DNA of 64,000 nucleotides from NCBI GenBank assembly GCA_023480735.1, contig JAMCXB010000028.1, positions 280-64,279 on the forward strand, in the 5' to 3' direction. The position numbers were made by a program, and so were the translations under genes. The first letter of the stretch is position 1, and the number at the start of each line of letters is the position of its first letter. The notes beneath the pieces were generated by a model, which saw nothing but the letters and a program-made list of their open reading frames with translations, was not told the DNA's origin and made no database searches. Shown here in pieces: positions 31,607 to 42,088 of this stretch. The stretch comes from Bacteroidota bacterium. GTDB lineage: Bacteria; Bacteroidota; Ignavibacteria; Kryptoniales; JAKASW01.

Positions 31607-33514
31607 TTGAGTTTTGAGTTAACATTGCCAAACCTTTACGAAGATATAGAGATACAAGAGGTCGGCTTCGAGCTGAGAGAAAAACTGAACAACCTGCCTC
31701 GTCTGCCAGGGGTCTATCAGTTCAAGAACGAGGAAGGAAAGATAATCTACGTCGGCAAGGCGAAAATCCTCCGTAATCGTGTGCGTTCTTATTTTCAGAA
31801 GGGACATGACCAAGATCCCAAGACTAAGGTAATGATTTCAAAGGTTGCCGATCTCGAGGTGATAGTCACGGACACTGAAATGGAGGCGCTCATCCTCGAG
31901 AACACCCTCATAAAGAAATTCAAGCCGAGGTACAACATCGATCTGCGCGACGACAAAAGCTACCCGTATATCGTCGTAACAAACGAACCATATCCGAGAG
32001 TATACGTGACTCGGAAAATCAGGCAGGACGGCTCAAGGTATTACGGGCCATACACCGACGTGAAGACCATGAGGTTCGCCCTCAAATCTGTTCGGGACAT
32101 CTTTCAGATCAGGAGCTGTCGGCTACCGCTGACGACCGAGACCATAGCGAGAAAGAAGTGGAAGATTTGTCTCGACTATCACATAGGAAAATGCGGAGGG
32201 CCGTGCGAGGGGCTCGTGACTCAGGAAGAGTACAAGGAGATGATCTCGCAAGTAGAGAGACTCCTTAAGGGCAAGACTCACGAGTTGATTGCCCAGCTGG
32301 CCGAGCGGATGCGTGAATTTTCAGACCGGCTCGAATTTGAGAAAGCTGGCGACGCTAAGAAGAAGATCGATGCGATCAAGGTCTACACCGAGAAGCAGAA
32401 GATGGTTTCGTTGGAACTCATCGAACGTGATATCATCGCCGTAGTGAGCGAGGGCGACGACGGCTGCGGGGTAATATTCAAAGTCCGCGACGGCAAGCTG
32501 ATCGGCAAGCAGCATTATTATCTATCGAATGTTTCTGAACGGTCGGAATCCGAAATGATAGAGACCCTTATCGAGCGATACTATATCAAATCCGACTACG
32601 TCCCGGCGGAGATTTATCTCTCTGCAGGACCAATAGACGAGGAGTTTGTCGGGAATCTATTAAACTCGAAGAGAGGCGGAGAGGTAAAAATCGTGGTTCC
32701 GGTTGAAGGCGAAGACCTGAAGCTGGTCAAAATGTGCCGCGCTAACGCGAAGTACATGCTTGACGAGCTGAAAATACAGAAGGAGAAGAGCAAGGAGACC
32801 GTCCCCCACACCCTTCAGGCGCTCCAGAGAGACTTGCATCTTCCCGCGCCGCCGAGGAGGATCGAATGCTTCGACAATTCAAACATACAGGGGAGCGACC
32901 CGGTAGCTTCGATGGTGGTTTTTGTGGACGGGAAGCCGCGGAAGAGTGACTACAGGAAGTTCAAGATAAGGACTGTGGTAGGACCGGACGATTTCGCCAG
33001 CATGGAAGAGGTAATCGAGCGGAGATACACGAGAGTAATGCGGGAGGGAAGACAGCTCCCGGATCTCGTCGTGGTTGACGGCGGCAAAGGACAGCTCTCA
33101 TCTGCGGTCGAAGTCCTTAGGACGATCGGGCTGCCAAACCAACCGATAATCGGGCTCGCGAAGCGGCTCGAGGAAGTGTTCGTTCCCGATGATCCGGAGT
33201 CCATCCTGCTTCCGAGGACGTCATCTGCTCTGAAGCTGCTCCAGCAAGTGCGCGACGAGGCACACAGGTTTGCAATAACGTTTCACCGGTCGCTGCGAGA
33301 AAAGAGGGTGATCTCGACGGAACTCACTGAAATCGATGGAGTCGGCCAAACGAGGGCGACGAAATTGCTGCAGCAGTTCGGATCGGCAAAAGGGGTACAG
33401 CAGGCCTCGCTGGAGGAACTCGCTCGAATCGTGGGCATGAAGGCGGCACAGAATATCAAGGTGCATTTCGGAAGCCAGGCCGCCGAAAACGGAGCGACCT
33501 TAGAGTCAACCTAA
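31607..33514 (+). CDS. uvrC: excinuclease ABC subunit C
   Basis: GIY-YIG region LPGVYQFKNEEGKIIYVGKAKILRNRV, a UVR domain, and the C-terminal (HhH)2 region. The TTG start is uncertain. Confidence 0.97.
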   Translation: MSFELTLPNLYEDIEIQEVGFELREKLNNLPRLPGVYQFKNEEGKIIYVGKAKILRNRVRSYFQKGHDQDPKTKVMISKVADLEVIVTDTEMEALILENTLIKKFKPRYNIDLRDDKSYPYIVVTNEPYPRVYVTRKIRQDGSRYYGPYTDVKTMRFALKSVRDIFQIRSCRLPLTTETIARKKWKICLDYHIGKCGGPCEGLVTQEEYKEMISQVERLLKGKTHELIAQLAERMREFSDRLEFEKAGDAKKKIDAIKVYTEKQKMVSLELIERDIIAVVSEGDDGCGVIFKVRDGKLIGKQHYYLSNVSERSESEMIETLIERYYIKSDYVPAEIYLSAGPIDEEFVGNLLNSKRGGEVKIVVPVEGEDLKLVKMCRANAKYMLDELKIQKEKSKETVPHTLQALQRDLHLPAPPRRIECFDNSNIQGSDPVASMVVFVDGKPRKSDYRKFKIRTVVGPDDFASMEEVIERRYTRVMREGRQLPDLVVVDGGKGQLSSAVEVLRTIGLPNQPIIGLAKRLEEVFVPDDPESILLPRTSSALKLLQQVRDEAHRFAITFHRSLREKRVISTELTEIDGVGQTRATKLLQQFGSAKGVQQASLEELARIVGMKAAQNIKVHFGSQAAENGATLEST

Positions 33515-33721
33515 TAGGGGGGCATCTCTGGAGACAGGAGAGCGGCGTCATTTGATGCCGTTCGGAAGGTCGATTTGTAAGGCTTGTGCATAGGGTAGGC
33601 AAACCCGGTCCCGGATGCTTTGTTTGCAACATTTCACTTCTATATATTTATGACCGAAGAATTCTCTTGCCCTTCTGAAAAGAAATCAAATGTTTAATGA
33701 AATTAGTCCGATAAGTTATGT

Positions 33722-34978
33722 ATGTCAGAAGATTTGACAGGCAATAAGTATATAATCACATCAGCTCTCATGGGGTTCGGGCATTTGAGAGCCGCTCATA
33801 ACGTTTCCAGTGTGAGTGGCGCCCCCGTAGTGAGAGTGGACAGGAAACCCTTCGTGAATGTGGTGGACGAGTTTGTGTGGAACGGCGCGCAGCGTATCCA
33901 TACTTACGCATCGAGGGACGCGGAGAGCAAGAACAGGCTTCTTTATGATTGGTTCGAGGGCTTGATGACGATCCAGGAAGACCACAAGCCTCCGTCTTTA
34001 GCCGGATCCAGATTTGTTCACTTTCTTAAGGATCTCGGTGTGGGAGGGCGGTTCTTCAATTCGTTGAATCGGGACTATCCCGCGCTGCTGCACACTTTTT
34101 ACCTGCAAGCGATGATTTCGGTATACCGGCGTTACCCGGGAAGAAATTACCTGCTGCTGTGTGATACAGATTTTCATCGTGTGTGGGTGCCCATCAGCCC
34201 GAATGAAGGGAATATTGTTTACATGGTTCCGGTTCCGAAATCGGCCGACAGGTTGATATCTTACGGCGTGCCTCCGGACCGGATTCACATTACTGGCTTC
34301 CCGTTGCCATCTGTGAACACAGGGCCGAGAGACCTCGGTACTCTCATTTCTGATTTTGAGATCAGAAAAAGAAGACTCAAGCGTGATTCCACCGTCCCTC
34401 TTACCATAATGTTCCCGTTCAGCGGGGCCGGCGCGTACTCAAACGTGCTGGCAGAGCTTGTGAAAACCCTGCTCGACCATCTCAGGGACGGAAACCTCAG
34501 GCTGATCGTCTCTTGCGGCGACAATGAACATGCGCTTAGGAACGCAGAAAATCTATTCGTGAACTACGGACTCGATGAATGCGAGTTCGCGGAAATTATT
34601 TTTGAAAAGAATCTCTTCGACTCGTTTGACAAGTTCAACTTCGCGTTGAAGTCGGTGGATATGATTATCACAAAGCCGAGCGAGATGGTTTTCTACGCTG
34701 CTCTCGGGATTCCGATGGTATTTCTTCCGCCGATTGGGGATCATGAGGCGAGAAACCGGGAATACTTGATTGATAACAAGTGTGCCGTCGACATGGCGAC
34801 AATCCGCGACTTCCCGGGCTGGCTCAACGAAAGCCGGAAAACCGGTCAATTGCTCGAACTTGCCGAGATGGGTTTTCAGAATCTTCCAAAGACCGGAAGC
34901 TTCGAGATTGACCAACTCGTGAGAGGAGCAGGAGTTGGCGAAGGTAAGCCAGGCATACCAGAGCCACTGAAGATGTAG
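33722..34978 (+). CDS. GT-B fold glycosyltransferase-like protein (MGDG-synthase/MurG-like), function unknown
   Basis: N-terminal ITSALMGFGHLRAA (G-x-G-H loop) and C-terminal DMIITKPSEMVFYAALGIPMVFLPPIGDHEARN resemble GT28-type donor-binding motifs. The assignment is tentative. Confidence 0.5.
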   Translation: MSEDLTGNKYIITSALMGFGHLRAAHNVSSVSGAPVVRVDRKPFVNVVDEFVWNGAQRIHTYASRDAESKNRLLYDWFEGLMTIQEDHKPPSLAGSRFVHFLKDLGVGGRFFNSLNRDYPALLHTFYLQAMISVYRRYPGRNYLLLCDTDFHRVWVPISPNEGNIVYMVPVPKSADRLISYGVPPDRIHITGFPLPSVNTGPRDLGTLISDFEIRKRRLKRDSTVPLTIMFPFSGAGAYSNVLAELVKTLLDHLRDGNLRLIVSCGDNEHALRNAENLFVNYGLDECEFAEIIFEKNLFDSFDKFNFALKSVDMIITKPSEMVFYAALGIPMVFLPPIGDHEARNREYLIDNKCAVDMATIRDFPGWLNESRKTGQLLELAEMGFQNLPKTGSFEIDQLVRGAGVGEGKPGIPEPLKM

Positions 34979-35027
34979 CGAAGAATTGTTCTATCCAGGT
35001 CCTTCTCAGGTCAAAGGACGCGGAAAG

Positions 35028-36179
35028 TCAGTTGCTGGAAGGAAGCAGGAGTGTGTTGCGAGTGATCTTTACAGGGTTCCCCCGCCAATTCGTTTTCCTG
35101 TTAACAAGCGGAACAGGCCAGGTGAATGCAATGACCAAGTCTTTGATTGGGGCCGCCATGCATTGCGCAATTCCCATCCCGGTACCGAGAGTCGCATTCA
35201 TGAGCGTATCTCCGGTAATTTTCGCTCCCCATAAGAACGTGGTTACGAGAGACGCTTCAAACGAGAACCCCGAGACCGCGGCGAAAACTAGAGACCACAA
35301 CGGAAAGTTCACCAGGAGTTCGGCGAAGTAGGCCGGCTTATTGAGATTCCATCTCAACTGCGCCCAGCGGGTGTGTCGATTCAGAAAACGTTTGAAAGTC
35401 CACGAATGATTCGTGGTGCCGACTAACTGCGGAGAAACAACCACCTTGTACCCGTGTTTCTTGTACATTCTTCCCATCAGGTAATCTTCCGCGAGATAGT
35501 TCCGGAGCTCCCATAGGCCACCCAGCCTGTCGAACTGCGATTTCCTGAAGAAGATAGATTTACCGACCACGATTTCCCTGTCTGCCAGATCGAGGAGACT
35601 GACATTTCCGATTATGAATGAATTGAGATGAAGATTTTCGAATAACGCACCGATTGTCTTTCCACCGATCCCTTTGATGAGATTCGTCACCAGCCCGACC
35701 CGCTTGTCCTGAAAATATTTTATGTTATCTCTCAGGTAATTTGCGGGGACAACAACGTTGCTGTCACTGATTACCATGTAGTCGTACTCAGCAAGCGGCA
35801 TCATCCCGTACAGATTATTGACCTTCGGGTTGTAGCCGAGCGTGCGGTCACTTACGGTATATTTGATCTTCTTCTCGGGAAAATTCAGTTTCAATTTCTT
35901 GATAAGCGGTATAGCCGGGTCATCCGCGGACTGGACCCCGATTACAATTTCATATTCCGGATAATCCTGGTTTACGAAGGAAAGGAGGTTCTCATAGAGA
36001 TTTCCGTCAATTCCACTTACAGGCTTCAGGACGGAAATAGAGGGCAAGAGACCTTCAGAATGCCGGTCCTCGCAGTGAATCCTCTTCTTAGCCGAAGAAA
36101 GCTTGAATCTTGCAGCAAGGAGGATTATCAGATAATAGGTCAAGCCGAAACCGATTATTAGAGCCAGAAGCTCCTTCAT
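35028..36179 (-). CDS. GT2/GT21 glycosyltransferase (ceramide-glucosyltransferase-like)
   Basis: ISVLKPVSGIDGNLYENL...DYMVISDSNV...GKSIFFRK...LAEDYLMG...NRHTRWAQLRW, i.e. the D1/D2/D3 motifs and the (Q/R)xxRW motif. Confidence 0.85.
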   Translation of the reverse strand: MKELLALIIGFGLTYYLIILLAARFKLSSAKKRIHCEDRHSEGLLPSISVLKPVSGIDGNLYENLLSFVNQDYPEYEIVIGVQSADDPAIPLIKKLKLNFPEKKIKYTVSDRTLGYNPKVNNLYGMMPLAEYDYMVISDSNVVVPANYLRDNIKYFQDKRVGLVTNLIKGIGGKTIGALFENLHLNSFIIGNVSLLDLADREIVVGKSIFFRKSQFDRLGGLWELRNYLAEDYLMGRMYKKHGYKVVVSPQLVGTTNHSWTFKRFLNRHTRWAQLRWNLNKPAYFAELLVNFPLWSLVFAAVSGFSFEASLVTTFLWGAKITGDTLMNATLGTGMGIAQCMAAPIKDLVIAFTWPVPLVNRKTNWRGNPVKITRNTLLLPSSN

Positions 36180-36887
36180 TATCTTCCTTTCCTTTCATAT
36201 TCAATAACAAAAAATAATGTTAATTGGTTATGAAGATTGCATGAAATTATGCCTACTTTTTGAACCGGGTTAATCAAACGCTAATACGTGTGGGTTGTCC
36301 ATTAGACGGAAGTTGATTAGTCAAATAGCCCTGGGGACTAGAGGCTGCTTCGCAGGAACGCGACACTCACGGAGACTATCTGTAAACTTCTGAACCAATG
36401 GGGCAACATTGATCCGATAGTATCGCCTGTACATGTCCTGCTCAATCAGGATGAAGAACGAGAGACTTCCCTTCCCGCAAGTCGAAGTAAGGCAAGGGGT
36501 TAAGGCGGGTTGCCGAGGCTGCGAATAAACGGCCCACCCTCCGGTCCGGCCAAAACAACACTCATCGTGAGTGAGCCAGCCCGACAGATTTGATTTTTCA
36601 CTGAGGCTCAATTAGATTCACCCTAGATTTAAAGTCTGGTCGTGCATGCTTCAGGAAGGGCAAGAACACCGTTTGAGTCCGAGAAGCTCCAACAAGACCC
36701 CCTCGTGGTGACGAACGAACCTCCCATCAAAAAGCGACTTCAGCACTAAGCTCTTCATTTGACGCAAAGCCGGTTCAAATAGATCGATCACCGTTGCCAT
36801 GTGCATCTGCAAAGGGCGCAGTGAACGTCTGATAATGTCCGGCGAAAATGTTGTTTACTACAAACATTATTTGGTCGTCAAAAATAC

Positions 36888-38171
36888 TTGGAGAACCTAA
36901 GACTATTGCAGGCTGAAAATCAGCGTTTGAAACGAGCGGTCGACGAACTGTCCGTTCTAAACGAACTAGCCGGTGCGATTGGTGCGCTTAAGACTTCCGA
37001 AGAGGTCATTCGAAAAATCATAAGCCGCTCCCTTAGGGCAGTCGATGCCGAGCAGGGGATGATTACTCTGGTCGAGGAGCAACCGGACCTTCCCATGAAG
37101 ACCCTTGTAAGGGCGAGCATCAGCTCTTCAGAGCACGATCCATTTCACTTCGATCAGGCCCTTCTAGGGTGGATGGTACTTAATAAGAAGCCGCTTACCG
37201 TAAACTCCCCAGCAACTGACGAACGGTTTCATGGTTTGCACTGGGATGATTCCGTCAGGTCGGTCCTTTGTGTACCGATGTTGGTACGCAATCTGTTGAA
37301 AGGGGTCCTCGCCGTGTATAACAAGAAGGACGGGGCGGGGTTTACCGAGGAGGACCAACGTCTTCTCGCCATCATTGCCTCGCAATCAGCGCAGGTGGTG
37401 GAGAACGCGAGGCTATATGAAGAAGAGCAGGCACTGATTCAAATGCATCACGAGTTGAAACTAGCTTCTCAAATCCAGATGGATCTGTTGCCGAAGGAGG
37501 CACCGAAGTTTCCGGGATACGATATTGCCGGAGCGACCTTCCCCGCGGGGACCGTTGGCGGCGATTACTTCGACTTCATTCCGCTCAGCGAACATAGACT
37601 GGCGCTTTGTCTCGGAGACATCTCAGGCAAGGGACTCCCGGCCGCGCTGCTGATGTCAAATCTGCAGGCTTCACTTCAGGGCCTGACAATCTCCGGTAGC
37701 TCGGTCAGAGATTGTGTCGCCAGTCTGAACCGACATCTTTACAGAAGAACGGGGCCCGAGAAATTTGCGACACTCTTTTACGCGACCGTTGACACGAGGA
37801 GTCACGAATTGACATACTGCAACGCCGGTCATGAGCCTCCGTTTCTACTCACCGAAGAACAAGAGCCAACGCGCCTCCGAGAAGGTGGCACCGTTATTGG
37901 CGTCGACAACGGGTTTGAATACGAGCAGTCTTCGGTACCATTGAAGCCGGGAGATGTGCTTGTTGTGTATTCAGACGGAGTAACCGAGGCGATGGATTTG
38001 GAAAAGAAGCAATTCGGGGAAGAAAAACTGCGGGATCTCATCATGGAGAATGCCGCGATGCCTGCCGGGAGGATAATCGAGGAGATCCTCCGCGCCGTGA
38101 GGGCACACACTGCGGAAGCACCGCAGCACGATGACATTACCGCGCTCGTTGTGAAAAGGGAAATCATGTAA
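36888..38171 (+). CDS. GAF domain-containing PP2C (SpoIIE/RsbU-type) phosphatase
   Basis: N-terminal coiled coil, a GAF-like region, then GGDYFDF, GDISGKGLPAALLMS and VVYSDGVTEA. Confidence 0.9.
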   Translation: MENLRLLQAENQRLKRAVDELSVLNELAGAIGALKTSEEVIRKIISRSLRAVDAEQGMITLVEEQPDLPMKTLVRASISSSEHDPFHFDQALLGWMVLNKKPLTVNSPATDERFHGLHWDDSVRSVLCVPMLVRNLLKGVLAVYNKKDGAGFTEEDQRLLAIIASQSAQVVENARLYEEEQALIQMHHELKLASQIQMDLLPKEAPKFPGYDIAGATFPAGTVGGDYFDFIPLSEHRLALCLGDISGKGLPAALLMSNLQASLQGLTISGSSVRDCVASLNRHLYRRTGPEKFATLFYATVDTRSHELTYCNAGHEPPFLLTEEQEPTRLREGGTVIGVDNGFEYEQSSVPLKPGDVLVVYSDGVTEAMDLEKKQFGEEKLRDLIMENAAMPAGRIIEEILRAVRAHTAEAPQHDDITALVVKREIM

Positions 38172-38251
38172 CCGGAGAAAAGAAGGCTGAGGTGAAGACC
38201 CCCCCATTGACACCCGTCATCTGCACTGCCGTGCGATATGCGAATAAAGCC

Positions 38252-40683
38252 ATGATTGGCGAGGTCATATCTCATTATAGGATTCTCGATAAGCTCGGCG
38301 AAGGCGGGATGGGCGTAGTATACAGGGCTGAGGATCTTAGACTTAAACGCGATGTCGCCCTCAAGTTCCTTCCCCCGGAGCTGACAAGTGATCCAGAGGC
38401 GAGGAACCGGTTCATCGAGGAGGCACAGACGGCTTCGGCGCTTGATCATCCGAATATCGGCGTTATTCACGAGATAGATGAGACAAATGACGGGCGTTCG
38501 TTCATCTGTATGGCTCTCTATGACGGAGAGACGCTGAAGCAGAGAATTGAGCGCGGCCCGCTCGGCGTTCAGGAGGCAGTGCGAATCGGTCTCCAGGTAG
38601 CCGACGGACTAAGTCGTGCACACGAAGCCGGAATCATTCATAGAGACATCAAACCGGCAAATCTGATAATTACCCGCGATGGGTTGGTGAAAATCGTCGA
38701 TTTCGGCCTTGCAAAGTTGACCGGGAACGTCGTCCAGACAACAGCCAGATCCAGGCCTGGAACGGCCGCGTACATGTCGCCGGAACAAATACAAAACGGT
38801 GTCGTTGATGCCCGGAGCGATCTCTTCTCCCTGGGAGTCGTGCTGTATGAGATGGTGACCGGGACGAGGCCGTTTGCGGCCGGGCATGAAGCGGCGCTCT
38901 TCTACTCCATCGTCTATGACAACCCCACATCATCCTCGCGCTCTCCGCCCCGGGATTCCGGAAGCCCTGGACGATATAATCATGCGGCTGCTTCAAAAGA
39001 ACCCGGACAAGAGATATGGCACAGCAGCTGAAGTCAAGGATGCGCTCTCTCAGATGGCTCTTCCCGCGAAAGAGCCCGAGTCCTTCACTCGCGCCTTCCA
39101 TATTATCATGGAGCATAGGTATATCGCAGGCCCTCTCTTGTTTACCGTCCTGGTGCTGGGAACCATCCTCTATACGCGTCTTTCGGTCAGATCGTTTAAA
39201 GTGGAACCGGCCTCTTATGTAATAGTTGCCGACTTCGAGAATTCCACAAAGAACGACGTGTTCGACCACTCTCTTACGGAGGCAATGAAAGTATCGCTCC
39301 GGCAATCCCCGCATTTCAACATCCTACCTTTTTCCAGGATCGCCGAGACTCTGAAGCGGATGAAAGCGCCCGTTAATACCCCCTTTACCGAAAAGATCGC
39401 GGTCGCTGCTGCACGGCGTGACGGCATCGGGGTGGTCGTTGCGGGAGGGATTCATCCGGTCGGGGCCAGCTTCGTTCTGTCATGCAAAATTATCGACGCG
39501 AATGCAGGCGAAACCGTGCAAATGTTCCGTCGGGGAGTCACGAGGATAGAGGACGTTCTGCCCGCAATGGGCAAACTCTGTGAAGAAATTAGAGAGGCTC
39601 TCGGAGAGTCGGAACATCACTTATCTGAGAACACTGCCAAGCTCGAGAGGGTTACCACCCCATCTTTGGACGCGTTGGAATTGTATTCAAGGGGAAACGT
39701 TCTTGAAGGAGAGGGGAAATATCGCGAAGCGGCGATTCTCAAATCACAGGCAGTCTTGAAAGACACGATGTTCGCAATCGCGGTGAGCGATCTTTCTTAC
39801 ATATACAGGAAGCTTGGTGAAGACAGCCTCGCCCTGTATTATCACAGCCGGGTGCTTCCGCTTATAGATCGTGTCACCGACAGAGAGAAGTTCTACATCC
39901 TGGCGGTTTACTACGGTCCCAGTTTCGAGTTGGATTACCAGAAAGCTTTTGAGAATGTACAGCAGCTGGTGGTGCGATATCCGAACAGCTCGGAAGGCTA
40001 TGCTACACTCGGTCACCTGGCGATGTTTGTCGGTAATTACAGCGCCGCTTTGGAAGCGGACAGCAAGGCTCTTTCGATTGATTCGGTCTACAAGGGTACG
40101 GTTTTCAATAATATGGGATATGCTCTCGCTCTTTCGGGAAATGCCGATGAGGCAATCGAGTATTTCAGGCGGAGTAAGACTATTCGGCAGCAATACCACA
40201 CATCTTGAACGTGTGAAAAGCACCGATCCTTATTTCGTCAGGCGACGCTCGGCTTATCTCCATCTTGTTAAGGGGGAGATACTCCTGGCGAAGCATCTGA
40301 ACACCCTGGCTTCGAAGGAATTCGGGCTCATCGAGAGACTTCACAGCGCCGACCCGTTCTATCTGCTTGCCCAGAAGGGCATTGCCCTAAGCGAGCTTGA
40401 GAATCGGGACACGACAGGGACCCGAAGAATGATCGGCATTCTCGGACAACGTGGAGAGGTCGTCTTTGGTCTAATTCGCACTTTGAGGAACAGCGGCCCC
40501 TGGATAAGGGAATTGTGGCCCGATATTGATCTAGAGTTGGCCAAGATCTATTTGCGGAATAACGACATGACTATGGCTGCCCGTCATCTCGATAATTGCC
40601 TTAGATATTGGCGGTATGCCGACACGGGATTCATTTACCGAAAAGAGGCCTTAAGACTAAAGAACAAAATAAAACACATGTAA
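38252..40683 (+). pseudogene. Ser/Thr protein kinase with TM, periplasmic and TPR regions, interrupted by two +1 frameshifts
   Basis: GEGGMGVVYRA, HRDIKPANL, DFGLAK and MSPEQ lie in frame A (to about 38926). Frame B runs from 38928 to the stop at 40206-40208. Frame C runs from about 40204 to 40683. Each frame continues the expected homology. Confidence 0.85.
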
Positions 40684-40726
40684 TGATCACATCCTAACAA
40701 ACTAAAAGGGAAGGAGCATCATCGAC

Positions 40727-41062
40727 ATGAAAAGGCAATCATTGCTGGTTTTGTTTTTTATCGCCAGTTGTTCTATGCTTATCAATTCGTGTTCCCAGAA
40801 GCAGCCCATGCAGAGTCTGCGTTGGCCGCCGGACACGATTACGGCAGTCCACGTCGGGGGAGATACTTATGTGATTTCGTCCGGTACTTTCCTGACTAAG
40901 ACGAAGATGAGGGTCGTGTTTACCTGGCCTAAGTTTAGTGATACGACCGCGACCCGCAGCCTTGTCGCCATGAGAGTCCCGGTCCCGTGGCCTCCGGATA
41001 CCACCTTTTATCCTATTCGGATCAAACTCGTAGGGTTAACGAAACCGGACTCATTGAAATAA
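40727..41062 (+). CDS. small lipoprotein, function unknown
   Basis: MKRQSLLVLFFIASC lipobox, 111 aa, GGAG SD upstream. Confidence 0.55.
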   Translation: MKRQSLLVLFFIASCSMLINSCSQKQPMQSLRWPPDTITAVHVGGDTYVISSGTFLTKTKMRVVFTWPKFSDTTATRSLVAMRVPVPWPPDTTFYPIRIKLVGLTKPDSLK

Positions 41063-41265
41063 GTTAAAGTCAGGACAGGCTCGACGGCAAATCTAACAGG
41101 GAACAAACCGGCATTGAGGCGGCTGGTTGTTCCCCGTAGTGTTTTTCTTGGGGGCATCATACGATCTCTTTTGTGTTTGTTGAATGGTGAATTATCTTGT
41201 GATTGAAACGAGGACGGATGTTTTGCTCGAAGAGTAGTCGGGATCACGCCAGTTGTGCGCTTACG

Positions 41266-41448
41266 CGAGAAGAAGTACGAATTGCAAGTGAGCCGATATT
41301 CCTCGCGGGTGGAATCAATCCCGAGAACGTAAGAAATGCCATTGAGTCTGTTCGTCCGTATGGAATCGACGTCTGCGCGGGGGTCAGAAGCGATGGGAAT
41401 CTTGATAGAAGGAAACCAGCTGAACTTTTCGAGAATATCAGAGGTTAG
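41266..41448 (+). pseudogene. phosphoribosylanthranilate isomerase (TrpF) C-terminal remnant
   Basis: ...PIFLAGGINPENVRNAIESVRPYGIDVCAGVRSDGNLDRRKPAELFENI matches the last ~55 residues of TrpF. No upstream part is present and no other trp genes are nearby. Confidence 0.6.
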
Positions 41449-41471
41449 GTCATAGGTGGAAGGAGAAAGAG

Positions 41472-41996
41472 ATGGAAGACTACAGTTACCCCATAGGACG
41501 ATTCAAGCCGGAACAGGAACTGACCGAGGCCAGGCGCATTGCTTTGATAGACGATATTACGAAGGCGCCCGCAGCCCTTCGAGACGCGATACACGGCTTA
41601 ACGAAGCAGCAACTGGAGACCCCCTATCGACCTGGTGGGTGGACCCTGCGCCAGGTGGTACACCACCTGCCGGACAGCCACATGAATGCCTATATTCGGT
41701 TCAGGCTGGCGCTTACCGAAGATGAACCGACGATCAAACCGTACGAACAGGCTGAATGGGCGAAGCTTCCCGATGCGACTTCAGCCGATGTGGAAATTTC
41801 TCTCAAACTATTGGAAAACCTGCATCACCGTTGGGTCTTCCTGCTTCAAAGTATGAAGCCGGAAGAGTTCCAGCGAACATTTCGTCATCCGGAGAGCGGC
41901 GTTCAGAAGCTCGAGACGACGCTTCAAATGTATGCCTGGCACGGCAGGCACCATGTTGCACACATCACGTCGCTCAGGAAAAGGAATGGGTGGTAG
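41472..41996 (+). CDS. DinB/YfiT family metal-dependent hydrolase
   Basis: YPIGRFKP...GGWTLRQVVHHLPDSHMNAYIRF...MYAWHGRHHVAHI. GGAGAAAGAG SD upstream. Confidence 0.9.
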   Translation: MEDYSYPIGRFKPEQELTEARRIALIDDITKAPAALRDAIHGLTKQQLETPYRPGGWTLRQVVHHLPDSHMNAYIRFRLALTEDEPTIKPYEQAEWAKLPDATSADVEISLKLLENLHHRWVFLLQSMKPEEFQRTFRHPESGVQKLETTLQMYAWHGRHHVAHITSLRKRNGW

Positions 41997-42088
41997 AATT
42001 GGAGACTGTAGACAGGAGACCGGAGGCGGGAAAACGAAAGGATCAATCTTCGATATCCGGCCTCCGGCTTCCGGTCTCCAACTTCCGA

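Noticed and set aside
36651-36806. A 51-codon minus-strand ORF (MHMATVIDLFEPALRQMKSLVLKSLFDGRFVRHHEGVLLELLGLKRCSCPS) in the long spacer.
   Set aside because: It has no SD and no recognisable family, and it is short enough to arise by chance. It is mentioned only as a possible remnant under the spacer finding.
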